This document shows, piece after piece, positions 10,008-18,739 of a stretch of 64,000 nt of DNA. Position 1 is the first letter of the stretch; every line of letters starts with the position of its first letter. The DNA is taken from positions 3,159-67,158 of the forward strand of contig CALZGZ010000120.1 of assembly GCA_945787105.1 (NCBI GenBank). Direction: 5' to 3'. The notes under the pieces are model-generated. The model was given only the letters and a program-made list of their open reading frames with translations. It was not told where the DNA came from and did not search any database. Source of the DNA: an uncultured Gammaproteobacteria bacterium. GTDB lineage: Bacteria > Pseudomonadota > Gammaproteobacteria > Arenicellales > JAANXG01. A program made the position numbers and the translations under genes.

Positions 10008-11297
10008 TTATCTGAGATTGACGATGGTCTGCGTGACGTCGTCGGCGGTGCGGATCACCTGGGCGTTGGCCTGGAAATTGCGCTGGGAGACAATCAGTTT
10101 TACCAGTTCCAAGGTCAGTTCCACATTGGAGTCCTCCAGCGCGCCCGACTGAATCACGCCTAGGCTGGCGGTTGCCGGTGCGCCCAACAGCGCCGGTCCG
10201 GAGTCGGTGGATTCCGCCCACACCGTCTCCGACAGGGGCCGCAAACCCTCTTGATTCGAAAAATTGGCCAGCGCGACCTGGCCCAACACCTGGAGTTCGC
10301 CGTTGGTGTATCGTGCGATCAACTGGCCAGTGTCGTCGACCTCGATGCCACTCAATCGACCAGTGGTGAAGCCGTCCTGTACCAGGGCATTGACGCCGAA
10401 CGCGCTTCCAAATTGCGTAACCTCGGAGAGATCCAGGGCGAAATTGAGGTCCGCAGCGCCACTTCCGACCGGGATGGCGGCATAGTTCAACTCACCAAGC
10501 GGCGGCCCGGCTGGCACGATGACGTTACCGACGTTATCGAACTGAAGGTTGATGCCTTCCGCCGGGACGGTAAACGCCTGATTGTCGATGGACATCTGCA
10601 TTTCCCAATCATTGTCGGCATTCTTGCGGAAATACAACGACCCGCTATGCGGAACGCCGAGGCTGTCGAACACCTGAAACGTCGCCGTGTGGTTGTAGCT
10701 GCTGGGGTCGGGCGATTCGAATCGCGCCGGCACAAAGGGATTACCGTTTGCGTCCAACAAAGGCACGCCCATGGCAAGCACGGGATCACTGGCGATCTTG
10801 GCGTTTTCACCGGCGTCCAGATTGGCGACGAATTCCACATTTGTCGTCGTCTTCGGCGCACTGTCGGCGGCGTCAATCTGCAGATCCTCCACGATGCCGC
10901 TGATGTTGCCGTTTTCAGCGCCAAACCCGGTCAAGCGCATGCCCGACGCGTTGACGACATAGCCCGCCTCATCGACGCCGAAGGCCCCTGCCCGTGAGTA
11001 GATAATCTCGCCACCATTGCTCAGGCGAAAAAAACCGGCACCGTTGATCGCCAGGTCCAGATTATTGTTGGTAAAGGTGGTAGCTCCCTGGGAAAACTGT
11101 TGTCTAACATTGTTGAGGCGGACACCGCCGCCAATCGCGAACGAGCTTGCCCCGAACTGGCTCGCCGGGTACACGTCGGCAAACTCGGCGCGCGACGATT
11201 TGAATCCCGTCGTGTTGCTGTTCGCAACATTATTGCTGATGACCTTTAGGTCGGATTGCGCGGCACTCAGTCCACTCACTGCGGTACGAAAAGGCAT
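10008..11297 (-). CDS. flgE: flagellar hook protein FlgE
   Basis: 429 aa. MPFRTAVSGLSAAQSDLKVISNNVANSNTTGFK; C-terminal LEDSNVELTLELVKLIVSQRNFQANAQVI. Confidence 0.95.
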   Translation of the reverse strand: MPFRTAVSGLSAAQSDLKVISNNVANSNTTGFKSSRAEFADVYPASQFGASSFAIGGGVRLNNVRQQFSQGATTFTNNNLDLAINGAGFFRLSNGGEIIYSRAGAFGVDEAGYVVNASGMRLTGFGAENGNISGIVEDLQIDAADSAPKTTTNVEFVANLDAGENAKIASDPVLAMGVPLLDANGNPFVPARFESPDPSSYNHTATFQVFDSLGVPHSGSLYFRKNADNDWEMQMSIDNQAFTVPAEGINLQFDNVGNVIVPAGPPLGELNYAAIPVGSGAADLNFALDLSEVTQFGSAFGVNALVQDGFTTGRLSGIEVDDTGQLIARYTNGELQVLGQVALANFSNQEGLRPLSETVWAESTDSGPALLGAPATASLGVIQSGALEDSNVELTLELVKLIVSQRNFQANAQVIRTADDVTQTIVNLR

Positions 11298-11526
11298 GAT
11301 CTACCCCCTATAAGGTTGACTGTCGGTGTATTTGCACTAGCCGGCCTTACTCACCGGATCCTATCGCGAGGGACCGCAGGGGCGCGTGGATACAAGGCGT
11401 GCGACAGTTCAGGCGCGCAGACGTACTCGACGGTACGTGGCGCACCCGGAACGAGCGCAACGCAGCAGACATGCGCGCTTGCGGTTCCGCAGCAAGGAGC
11501 TGGGGAGAAATGCGGACTGGGTTCAT

Positions 11527-12210
11527 TTACAAGATCTCATCGACATCAGCCAATGATACGGGACCCACTCCCGCGACATTGAGGGTGATGTCCTGCGCAC
11601 TTCCCTGTCCAAGACTGACGCTTTCGACTTTGGACGCGATCAATGTCGGCACCGCCGACACCTCTCCATCCACCATCGCATCCACACGGATTCGATAATT
11701 GCCGGGCGCGAGCGGCTGGCCAGTATCGCTCAAACCGTCCCAGGTAAACTTCACCTGACCTTCCGGCTGTGGACCGAGTTCAAAGCTGCGCACGGTCTGA
11801 CCGGATTTATCCTGGATGCTCACCGTTGTTGCGGTGGCCGTGGAAGGGACAACCGCCGCGCCCTGGACCACACCGCCCGCTTCCAGGGCCGCTTGATCTC
11901 CGTGCACCATCACTGAGCGACCCACCAGACCGGAGGCTTGCAAGGCTCTATTCGACTGCAGCGAACTCGCGAAATCGTTGAACGCCTCGCTCAAATCCTG
12001 AATGCCGCTAACCGTACTGAATTGGGCCATTTGTCCAATGAATTCTCCATTCTCCAATGGCTTGAGTGGATCTTGATGGCGAAGTTGCGCCAACATCAAC
12101 TGCAGAAAGTCTTCCTGGCCCAGCTTGTTACTAGGCTTGGCGTCATCCTGCTTTAATCCAATTCCAAGACCTTCAAAGGGAGAAGAACTTTTATCGATCG
12201 GGTTCACCAT
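11527..12210 (-). CDS. flgD: flagellar hook capping/assembly protein FlgD
   Basis: 227 aa. LGQEDFLQLMLAQLRHQDPLKPLENGEF motif and a C-terminal beta-rich domain. Confidence 0.9.
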   Translation of the reverse strand: MVNPIDKSSSPFEGLGIGLKQDDAKPSNKLGQEDFLQLMLAQLRHQDPLKPLENGEFIGQMAQFSTVSGIQDLSEAFNDFASSLQSNRALQASGLVGRSVMVHGDQAALEAGGVVQGAAVVPSTATATTVSIQDKSGQTVRSFELGPQPEGQVKFTWDGLSDTGQPLAPGNYRIRVDAMVDGEVSAVPTLIASKVESVSLGQGSAQDITLNVAGVGPVSLADVDEIL

Positions 12211-12244
12211 GGCCGTATCCAGTGCGTTCGTTTGGATTTTCTGC

Positions 12245-12676
12245 TCATTGCCCCAAAGCTAGCGTACGTAGCAATAATTGTTTCGATGTACTGATCAACT
12301 CCACATTCGTTTGGTACGTGCGCGAAGCGGACATCATGTTCGCCATCTCCTCGATAGTGTTTACATTGGCATGGAAAACATAACCCTCGTCGTCCGCAAG
12401 CGGATGTTCAGGTTGGTAACGCCGGTGCGGCGGGGCGTCGCTCTCAACTATGCCTGCGACTCGGACACGGGCTAACGACTGCGCATCGAAATCGTTCATC
12501 ACGTCGATAAAACGAGGCGTCTCTGCAGCAAACACCGGATGTCGCGCACGATAGACCTGGCTGCTGTTTCCGGCCACCGCATCCGCATTGGCAAGGTTGC
12601 TCGCGATCACATTCAATCGCAACGCCTGGGCGCTCATCCCGGATCCCGCAACATCAAACACCGATAATAAGGACAT
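12245..12676 (-). CDS. flgC: flagellar basal-body rod protein FlgC
   Basis: 143 aa. SLLSVFDVAGSGMSAQALRLNVIASNLANADA; C-terminal SNVNTIEEMANMMSASRTYQTNVE. Confidence 0.95.
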   Translation of the reverse strand: MSLLSVFDVAGSGMSAQALRLNVIASNLANADAVAGNSSQVYRARHPVFAAETPRFIDVMNDFDAQSLARVRVAGIVESDAPPHRRYQPEHPLADDEGYVFHANVNTIEEMANMMSASRTYQTNVELISTSKQLLLRTLALGQ

Positions 12677-12678
12677 AC

Positions 12679-13089
12679 CTAATCCCCCTTAACCGCACTG
12701 AGCATCGACTTGAACTTACCTCCCAGCAGCCGCAGGCTGACCAGATAAGCAACGGAGTTCTTGGTAAACTCGCTTCGTTCCACGTCGGCATCCACAGTAT
12801 TCCCGTCCAACGAAGCTTGGGTAGGCACCCGGTATAACGCAGTCGTTCCAAACCACGACTGACCTGCGCCAGTGACATGGTTGGCGTGAGTCCGGATCAG
12901 GCGAATCGATTTTGCAACGTCGGTGTCCGGCTGGGATTGTCGCAGGACATCCTTGAAGTCGAGATCACGTGATTTGTAGTGCGGCGTATCAGCGTTGGCG
13001 AGGTTCGACGCCAGAATCTCGGCCCGCCGCACCCGGATGAGCAGGGCGTCGTCGTGTATTCCCATGGCGCTATCTAAGCTTATTCCCAT
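12679..13089 (-). CDS. flgB: flagellar basal-body rod protein FlgB
   Basis: 136 aa. LLIRVRRAEILASNLANADTPHYKSRDLDF. GGAGA Shine-Dalgarno 4-5 nt upstream of the ATG. Confidence 0.95.
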   Translation of the reverse strand: MGISLDSAMGIHDDALLIRVRRAEILASNLANADTPHYKSRDLDFKDVLRQSQPDTDVAKSIRLIRTHANHVTGAGQSWFGTTALYRVPTQASLDGNTVDADVERSEFTKNSVAYLVSLRLLGGKFKSMLSAVKGD

Positions 13090-13127
13090 CAGTGTCTCCG
13101 CGTATTGAAATCCACGCTAGAGACAAA

Positions 13128-13142
13128 GCAAGTAGCGTGCCA
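13128..13142 (-). promoter_or_regulatory. sigma54 (-24/-12) promoter for flgBCDE...
   Basis: The minus strand reads TGGCACGCTACTTGC, an exact fit to TGGCAC-N5-TTGC. It lies 39-53 nt upstream of the flgB ATG. Confidence 0.75.
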
Positions 13143-13279
13143 ATGCTAAGATCGGGGCGAATTCTGGTGCCGGCCTCACGCAAACCCGCGTGGATTCCCG
13201 CACAGCGGCAAAGAATTACCGCCGGAACGGCAACGCCGAGACGCTCTGGGATAGGGCTGCGTGCATTTCACGCGAACAA

Positions 13280-13894
13280 CTACTTGGGCTTTTCGTGTCG
13301 AAGTTTTGCCGCCTGGCACTTTAGTATGTGTTTAATGAGGATGTCTCGATCGCTCTCATTGATCACTTCGAATTCAACCGCAATCCGATAAGGATGCGTG
13401 GGCAGATACCTCGATCGTCGCTCGCTGCGCACGACGGTCCCTCTGCACATAAGCGCAACGCAGGAGGACATCAGCAACAACTTCAGTTGCAGGTAAACAC
13501 CCGGGCTAATTCTCTCACCGGCGTAGAACGCCAGACCTCCGCCACTCAGACTTGCTTCCTTAACGCTGCCGTAGCCGGTTTCAACTTCCTGCAAAAGCAA
13601 CAGCCGGTACATCTCGTCCACACGAGACTCAAGATGCCGCAGATACTGCGCAACATCGGGCGATTGCTGCTCAATGCGAGAAAGTATCAAATCCTGGTTC
13701 CCGAGCAGACGCTTGGAGCCGCCCCGCAGTGAGTATAAGTCATCGGTATCGCCGTGATCGTCCTGCGCTTCACTGATGACGCGGTATTTGATGACGACTT
13801 GATCAGTGATCCTGAAATAACGCCGCCGCTCGCAACCCTCAAGATCCCCGTCCCGGTTGCGTGCTTGAACAGATTTTTCGATTCCGGTACTCAC
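13280..13894 (-). CDS. PilZ-domain (c-di-GMP receptor-type) protein with a long insertion between the two binding motifs
   Basis: 204 aa. RRxxxR motif (RRRYFR, aa 23-28) and a D/NxSxxG-like motif (SLSGGG, aa 115-120). Starts 20 nt after the motB stop, on the same strand. Confidence 0.7.
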   Translation of the reverse strand: MSTGIEKSVQARNRDGDLEGCERRRYFRITDQVVIKYRVISEAQDDHGDTDDLYSLRGGSKRLLGNQDLILSRIEQQSPDVAQYLRHLESRVDEMYRLLLLQEVETGYGSVKEASLSGGGLAFYAGERISPGVYLQLKLLLMSSCVALMCRGTVVRSERRSRYLPTHPYRIAVEFEVINESDRDILIKHILKCQAAKLRHEKPK

Positions 13895-13914
13895 TTACTA
13901 GTGCCCCAAAAAAG

Positions 13915-14919
13915 TCAATCGGTTTGCGTCGACCCGGTAGAGTTACGCGGCCGATCCTCGCCCCGATCCATGGAGTTGATCATCTCGTCAACGATTCTGG
14001 TGTTTGCCTCCAGGATTCCAAGCGTATTGACCCGAGGGGTACCCGGCGCGCTGACTGAGAAGGCTTCGCCCTGTTTGTCGTCACCACGGATGATCGTCAG
14101 CTCGACACGACGATTCTTTGCGCGTCCAGCTGCAGACTTGTTCTCGCCTATGGGCCGGGTGTCGGCGAATCCGGCTACCTGGAAACGTACCGGATCGAGC
14201 TTTCGGTCGTGGAGCAACTCATGCAGAACAGTCACCGCGCGGGCTGCCGATAACTCCCAGTTGGACCGGTACCGCGCAGTCTTTATCGGTACGTTGTCGC
14301 TATGTCCGGCAATGGTCACCTCGCCCGGGGTGTACTCGAGCACCGCTGCGATCTTTCCCAGAATCGGCTTGAACTGTTGCATCAATTGGGCGCCGCCGGA
14401 TGGAAACGCACCCTTTTCGCGGATGCGGATGACGAGTTTTTTCTCTTCAGTGTCGAGCTCGATCAACCCGCGATCGATCTCCGCCTGCAGCGCATTTTCG
14501 ATCTGCTTTAGCTCGGCGTCGGTCTGGTCACCCGCTCTGGGATCGGCCTGGGTGACGTTGACCTGCGGGTCTCGCTTTGCGCGCATATAGTCCGGCACAT
14601 CCAGGTAATGCTTGAGGTGATCCACCGTCTGTTGCCTGACCCGATTCAGTATGGTTGGATTGGGGCGCCCGGCACTGAATTCTTGGGCAATTACGTTTAC
14701 CCCACGGGGCGGATCCTTGGTTTTCACTTCGCGTTGCAAGCCGAATGCCTCCCGCAGGGAACCCGCCATCTGCTTGTATTTGATCAGGTCCATCTCGGAG
14801 AAACTCAAGATCAAAACAAAGAAACACATCAACAGCGTGGCCAGGTCTGCAAAGGTCGTCATCCACATCGGCGCACCGCCGCCGCCGTCGTTTTTCGGTA
14901 ATGCAACTGGCTCGTCCAT
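13915..14919 (-). CDS. motB: flagellar stator protein MotB/MotD/PomB type (OmpA-like C-terminal domain)
   Basis: 334 aa. N-terminal PMWMTTFADLATLLMCFFVLILSF contains the conserved stator Asp. C-terminal OmpA-like block GHSDNVPI...NWELSAARA...NRRVEL. Confidence 0.85.
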   Translation of the reverse strand: MDEPVALPKNDGGGGAPMWMTTFADLATLLMCFFVLILSFSEMDLIKYKQMAGSLREAFGLQREVKTKDPPRGVNVIAQEFSAGRPNPTILNRVRQQTVDHLKHYLDVPDYMRAKRDPQVNVTQADPRAGDQTDAELKQIENALQAEIDRGLIELDTEEKKLVIRIREKGAFPSGGAQLMQQFKPILGKIAAVLEYTPGEVTIAGHSDNVPIKTARYRSNWELSAARAVTVLHELLHDRKLDPVRFQVAGFADTRPIGENKSAAGRAKNRRVELTIIRGDDKQGEAFSVSAPGTPRVNTLGILEANTRIVDEMINSMDRGEDRPRNSTGSTQTD

Positions 14920-14967
14920 ATTTCGTCGTCACGTGTAATAAGGTTTAAAACCGGGAGATAAGCTGAA

Positions 14968-15744
14968 TCAAGCCGCTTTCTTGGCGTTACGCTGGCTGAC
15001 CGGTAAGTATGTTTTGAGCAAATCCTCCATTACGTGTGGATTAAGGCCTTCTTGTATGGCGCCAACCGTTTCCAGAATAAGGGATTTGTTCGTCCGCTCT
15101 TCTTTGCTGCGGTGTGCCAGTTTCGCCGCGATCGGAATCGCAATGGCGTTCGCGATGACTGCGCCATAAAGCGTCGTGAGCAGTGCGACGGCCATGGCCG
15201 GCCCGATTTTTTTCGGGTCGTCCATGTTGGAAAGCATTTGCACCAAACCCACCAATGTCCCAATCATCCCCATGGCCGGGGCGACATCAGCAATGGCTTT
15301 GAAAATTGCCTGCCCTTCATCGTGGCGTTCGATGGTCAGATTGATGTCTTTCGCCAGCAATCGCCGCACCAACTGTGGATCGTGGCCATCGACGCACAAC
15401 TGAATCCCCTGGCGCAGGAAATCGTTACTGACGTTGGCGTCCTCCAAAGCCAGCAAGCCGCCCTTGCGCGCAATATTGGCAAGTTCAACACCGTTCTTTA
15501 TGAGTTCGTCTGGTTTCTCTGATTTGTGAAAGAAGGCCTTGACCGCGACCTTGAACGCACCCAGCGTGGTGGCCAACGGAAACTTGACCAGGGTCGCCAT
15601 AAAGGTCCCACCTAACACGATAAACAGCCCCGGCAGATTGACGAATATCAGGGCATTTGGCCCCATCAACACGGCGGCGCTAATAATCGACAAACAACCG
15701 ATCAAGCCAATTAATGTTGCGGGATCCACATTTTTCTCCACCAA
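14968..15744 (-). CDS. motA: flagellar stator protein MotA/MotC/PomA type
   Basis: 258 aa (PomA/MotC-like length). Four predicted TM segments. PAMGMIGTLVGLVQML and ALLTTLYGAVIANAIAIP motifs. Confidence 0.9.
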   Translation of the reverse strand: MVEKNVDPATLIGLIGCLSIISAAVLMGPNALIFVNLPGLFIVLGGTFMATLVKFPLATTLGAFKVAVKAFFHKSEKPDELIKNGVELANIARKGGLLALEDANVSNDFLRQGIQLCVDGHDPQLVRRLLAKDINLTIERHDEGQAIFKAIADVAPAMGMIGTLVGLVQMLSNMDDPKKIGPAMAVALLTTLYGAVIANAIAIPIAAKLAHRSKEERTNKSLILETVGAIQEGLNPHVMEDLLKTYLPVSQRNAKKAA

Positions 15745-15876
15745 AACACACGATCATCACCGGCATAATGAGCCAGCATTGTTGGCTCGGCGTGGTTGGC
15801 GCGCGAACCTTTGTACACGCATGCAACCGGGGTGCTGAACAACCTCCATCCCCGCCAGCCGCTAACCTCGTTTGTG

Positions 15877-15904
15877 TTATCGGGAGCGGATGGGAATTTC
15901 TTTA
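15877..15904 (-). promoter_or_regulatory. candidate sigma28 (FliA) promoter for the motA-motB-PilZ operon
   Basis: The minus strand reads TAAAGAAA-N12-CCCGATAA (consensus TAAAGTTT-N11-GCCGATAA), 133 nt upstream of the motA ATG. The spacer is 1 nt long. Confidence 0.45.
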
Positions 15905-15989
15905 GCCCGCATATCGCACCAGCAAATCCGGAATCGTTGCAACAGGATCCTCAGTGCAAATTGCGGGTTGAGTCTTCCATCGTCATTGA

Positions 15990-16005
15990 TGGCATGAAGA
16001 TTGCT
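15990..16005 (+). promoter_or_regulatory. candidate sigma54 promoter for the FliK-like gene at 16050
   Basis: TGGCATGAAGATTGCT has correct GG-N10-GC spacing. It ends 45 nt upstream of the ATG. Confidence 0.55.
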
Positions 16006-16049
16006 TAACACTCCAAACAAACATTTAACGAACGGACCTGGAGATTCTC

Positions 16050-16964
16050 ATGAACTATCTACTTTCCCCGCTGATTGGATCGAACACGCAGACTGCGGTG
16101 CCGGCGAGCGGAGCGGAAGCCGCTGTCCAGGCTGCGCGTTTGAACGAAGGGCAACTGCCGTTCCATTCACTGTTCAATCAGCAACTTCAGTTACTGCAGC
16201 AGCCTGGAATATTGGCGGGTCAGTCTCCTGCCATGATGGCACCCGCACCGTGGCAACCCTTTGCCATGGGCGGCCAAAGCTTGCCGCTGTCGTCCGCTGG
16301 CATAACGCCGTCTTCGGGTATCACTATAGAATCAGTGACCTACTCACGGATTTCAATGAACGGAAACGGAATTCTCAACACGGTCTACGATGGCTTGGAA
16401 CGGGATCCACAAAACGCCCTTGCCCAATTGCTGGCAAATATCGGTGAACCACCATCCAACGAACTATTGGTTACCGGGAAACCGGAAGGGGTAGCGTCGC
16501 ACACCGAGGCCGAGAAGTCGGATGCCAAGGCGGTGAACCGGTTGGCGCCCGGCTCCGACGAACTGAAGAACCCGGAATATCTCGGTGAAAAGATCGCGAA
16601 GGCGGTCGCCAATATCTCTACCGCGCAAGTTCCAAACGCCCAATTCGCTGTCGACCACCCAACGTATGGGCACGTTGAAGCAAGGGTCGATATCACGGAC
16701 GAGTCCGTCGATTTAGCGTTTGCGGTCCAGGACCCGGAGCTGCGCGCGGCACTCGAAGCGGCGAAGACGGCCATTGAACTCGCTCTGAGCAAACAAGGGT
16801 TAACCCTCGCCAAACTTGAAGTGGGGCCACCCCAGGACGTACCCGAAGTGATCACTCCGGGGACCCGCGAAGAATTGTTTGCATCCTACACTTCGCAACT
16901 CGACGCGGCATTGAACCGTATCATCAGTGACCTGGCGCTGGGTGTCCCCGACAATCGTGCGTAG
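16050..16964 (+). CDS. FliK-like protein (C-terminal flagellar hook-length control 'Flg_hook'-type domain)
   Basis: 304 aa. Low-complexity Q/P/A-rich N-terminal half. C-terminal GHVEARVDITDESVDLAFAVQDPELRAALEAAKTAIELALSKQGLTLAKLEVG resembles the FliK C-terminal domain. GGAG Shine-Dalgarno 7 nt upstream. Confidence 0.6.
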   Translation: MNYLLSPLIGSNTQTAVPASGAEAAVQAARLNEGQLPFHSLFNQQLQLLQQPGILAGQSPAMMAPAPWQPFAMGGQSLPLSSAGITPSSGITIESVTYSRISMNGNGILNTVYDGLERDPQNALAQLLANIGEPPSNELLVTGKPEGVASHTEAEKSDAKAVNRLAPGSDELKNPEYLGEKIAKAVANISTAQVPNAQFAVDHPTYGHVEARVDITDESVDLAFAVQDPELRAALEAAKTAIELALSKQGLTLAKLEVGPPQDVPEVITPGTREELFASYTSQLDAALNRIISDLALGVPDNRA

Positions 16965-16993
16965 CCGCATTGTTTCGCCCCGTATCACCGAAA

Positions 16994-17009
16994 TGGCACA
17001 AATTTTGCT
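16994..17009 (+). promoter_or_regulatory. sigma54 (-24/-12) promoter for flgA
   Basis: TGGCACAAATTTTGCT is an exact fit to TGGCAC-N5-TTGCW, 60 nt upstream of the flgA ATG. Confidence 0.75.
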
Positions 17010-17068
17010 GCTATCAACTGCGTAGCGACCGAAACGCCGGAATTTCGACACCGGGATAGGTATTCAAC

Positions 17069-17824
17069 ATGAACAACGGACCTAGCCACATGAGAACTGC
17101 ACGGACTTGGCGACCACACTGGGTTACCGCCCTGATCGTGGCAATGTGTATCGGTGATGGCATCGTATCCCACGCGTCCACTACCGCCTATGCAGTGCAC
17201 GATCTGGACGAGGTGCGCAAAGCGGTGAGCGAGTTTCTTTATTCCAGCAACGGCAGCGTCGCGTCACCGGACCACGTGGAAGTGGGGGTCATCGACTCGC
17301 GATTACGGCTTGCGCGTTGTGGCCAGCCGCTGAAGTTGTTTTTTTCTGCGGGCGGGGCGACTTCCGGAAATACGACCGTTGGCGTACGTTGTCTTGGCCC
17401 ATCGCCGTGGCTGATCTACGTGCCGGGTCGGATCAAAGTGTACCGTACGGTGGTGATAACCACGCGTGCCGTTCCGCGCAAGACCGTCGTCAGTAAAGAC
17501 CACATCAAGCTGGAACAGCGGGACGTATCGAATCTTACCGCCGGTTATCTTGAGGAGACCGACCAGGCCCTGGGTCACGTCACGAGGCGGCCGATGCCGA
17601 TCGGAAGTGTGATCGAACCGGCAGCGCTGGAAAAGCAGCGGCTGGTCAGACGCGGGGAACGGGTGACGATTCTTGCCGATGCCGGTCGGCTAACGGTGCA
17701 AATGAAGGGCAAAGCGTTGATGGATGGCGCCTCTGGAGATCACGTACGAGCAAAGAATCTCAGTTCCGGGCGGGTCGTCGAGGGTACGGTGACCGCCGCC
17801 GGGACAATCCATGTTCGGCATTGA
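17069..17824 (+). CDS. flgA: flagellar P-ring formation chaperone FlgA
   Basis: 251 aa. Signal-like N-terminus. C-terminal RGERVTILADAGRLTVQMKGKALMDGASGDHVRAKNLSSGRVVEGTV is typical of FlgA. An internal start at 17090 is possible. Confidence 0.85.
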   Translation: MNNGPSHMRTARTWRPHWVTALIVAMCIGDGIVSHASTTAYAVHDLDEVRKAVSEFLYSSNGSVASPDHVEVGVIDSRLRLARCGQPLKLFFSAGGATSGNTTVGVRCLGPSPWLIYVPGRIKVYRTVVITTRAVPRKTVVSKDHIKLEQRDVSNLTAGYLEETDQALGHVTRRPMPIGSVIEPAALEKQRLVRRGERVTILADAGRLTVQMKGKALMDGASGDHVRAKNLSSGRVVEGTVTAAGTIHVRH

Positions 17825-17857
17825 GTGTAACCCCTGGATGTTAAATGGGAATCAAGC

Positions 17858-17884
17858 TAAAGTTCTCCCCGAACCGGCCGCTAA
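17858..17884 (+). promoter_or_regulatory. sigma28 (FliA) promoter for flgM-flgN
   Basis: TAAAGTTC-N11-GCCGCTAA (consensus TAAAGTTT-N11-GCCGATAA). It ends 30 nt upstream of the flgM ATG. Confidence 0.7.
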
Positions 17885-17913
17885 TATACATGAACAGCTA
17901 GGAGAAAAAAGCC

Positions 17914-18243
17914 ATGTCCGTCAATGATATTGGTTCCCCTACCACCGGCGCACCCGCTGCGCGCGTCGGGGACGGGTCCGGTGCAGAGCCAAAATCTCAA
18001 CCCACCAGCGAGTCCAGCCGGGGTTCGGGTGAAGCGGGCACAGACGATCGTGTGAGCCTCACATCCACGGCCACCGCACTCCAGCAGGTCGAAGAACAAT
18101 TGGCCAAGCTGCCCGATGTTGACAGTAAGCGGGTTGAAGCCATAAAGCAGGCGATTGAAAATGGGAGTTTTGAGATCGATTCGAACCAGGTTGCCGAAAA
18201 GCTCGTAGCATTCGACAGCGCGCTCGGCAATCGTGGACGCTAA
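17914..18243 (+). CDS. flgM: anti-sigma-28 factor FlgM
   Basis: 109 aa. C-terminal VDSKRVEAIKQAIENGSFEIDSNQVAEKLVAFD is the FlgM signature. GGAG Shine-Dalgarno. Confidence 0.85.
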   Translation: MSVNDIGSPTTGAPAARVGDGSGAEPKSQPTSESSRGSGEAGTDDRVSLTSTATALQQVEEQLAKLPDVDSKRVEAIKQAIENGSFEIDSNQVAEKLVAFDSALGNRGR

Positions 18244-18739
18244 GCTCTCACCGGACCAAATCGCACGTTACGCGGAGTCGCTTCTGACCTTATTCCAGCG
18301 GGAGCATGAGCTCTTGTGCTGTTTGCTTGAATCCATTGATTTGGAATTGGCCGCACTCCAGGCAACCGATGTTGCGGAGATTGAAAACGCCGCCGAGAGT
18401 AAACATCGCCTCATAGAAGAGTTGGAGCAACAGGACAAGGTACGTCGGGCACTGCTGACTGAGGCTGGGTTTATGTCCAATCCTTCCGGCATCGATCAGT
18501 TCATACTGCGATGCGACCCCGAACTCCGTCATGCTTTAAGAGGCACCTGGGACGAGATCCAGGCGCTAATCAGACGCTGTCAAAATGACAATACGAGAAA
18601 TGGTGAACTCAACGCCCTGTCTCAACGGATTGTGAAGCATATGTTGTCTTTTCTACGTGGAGAGTCGCCCGACAACAACGTCTATAACCAGGACGGTCAA
18701 GTTCCAGATATCACACAGAAAGTTTTGGGACGCGTCTAA
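18233..18739 (+). CDS. flgN: flagellar export chaperone FlgN family
   Basis: 168 aa helical protein. Its GTG start overlaps the flgM stop. The FlgN-like N-terminal coiled region and the gene order support the call. Confidence 0.75.
   Translation: MDAKLSPDQIARYAESLLTLFQREHELLCCLLESIDLELAALQATDVAEIENAAESKHRLIEELEQQDKVRRALLTEAGFMSNPSGIDQFILRCDPELRHALRGTWDEIQALIRRCQNDNTRNGELNALSQRIVKHMLSFLRGESPDNNVYNQDGQVPDITQKVLGRV

Noticed and set aside
10251-10997. Long antisense ORFs opposite well-supported genes (10251-10997 vs flgE, 13754-14590 vs motB, 29250-30053 vs the giant GT, 45089-45961 vs cheA, 27042-27605 vs the aminotransferase)
   Set aside because: These are typical GC-rich antisense open frames. 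The opposite strand carries unambiguous family motifs, and these translations have none.
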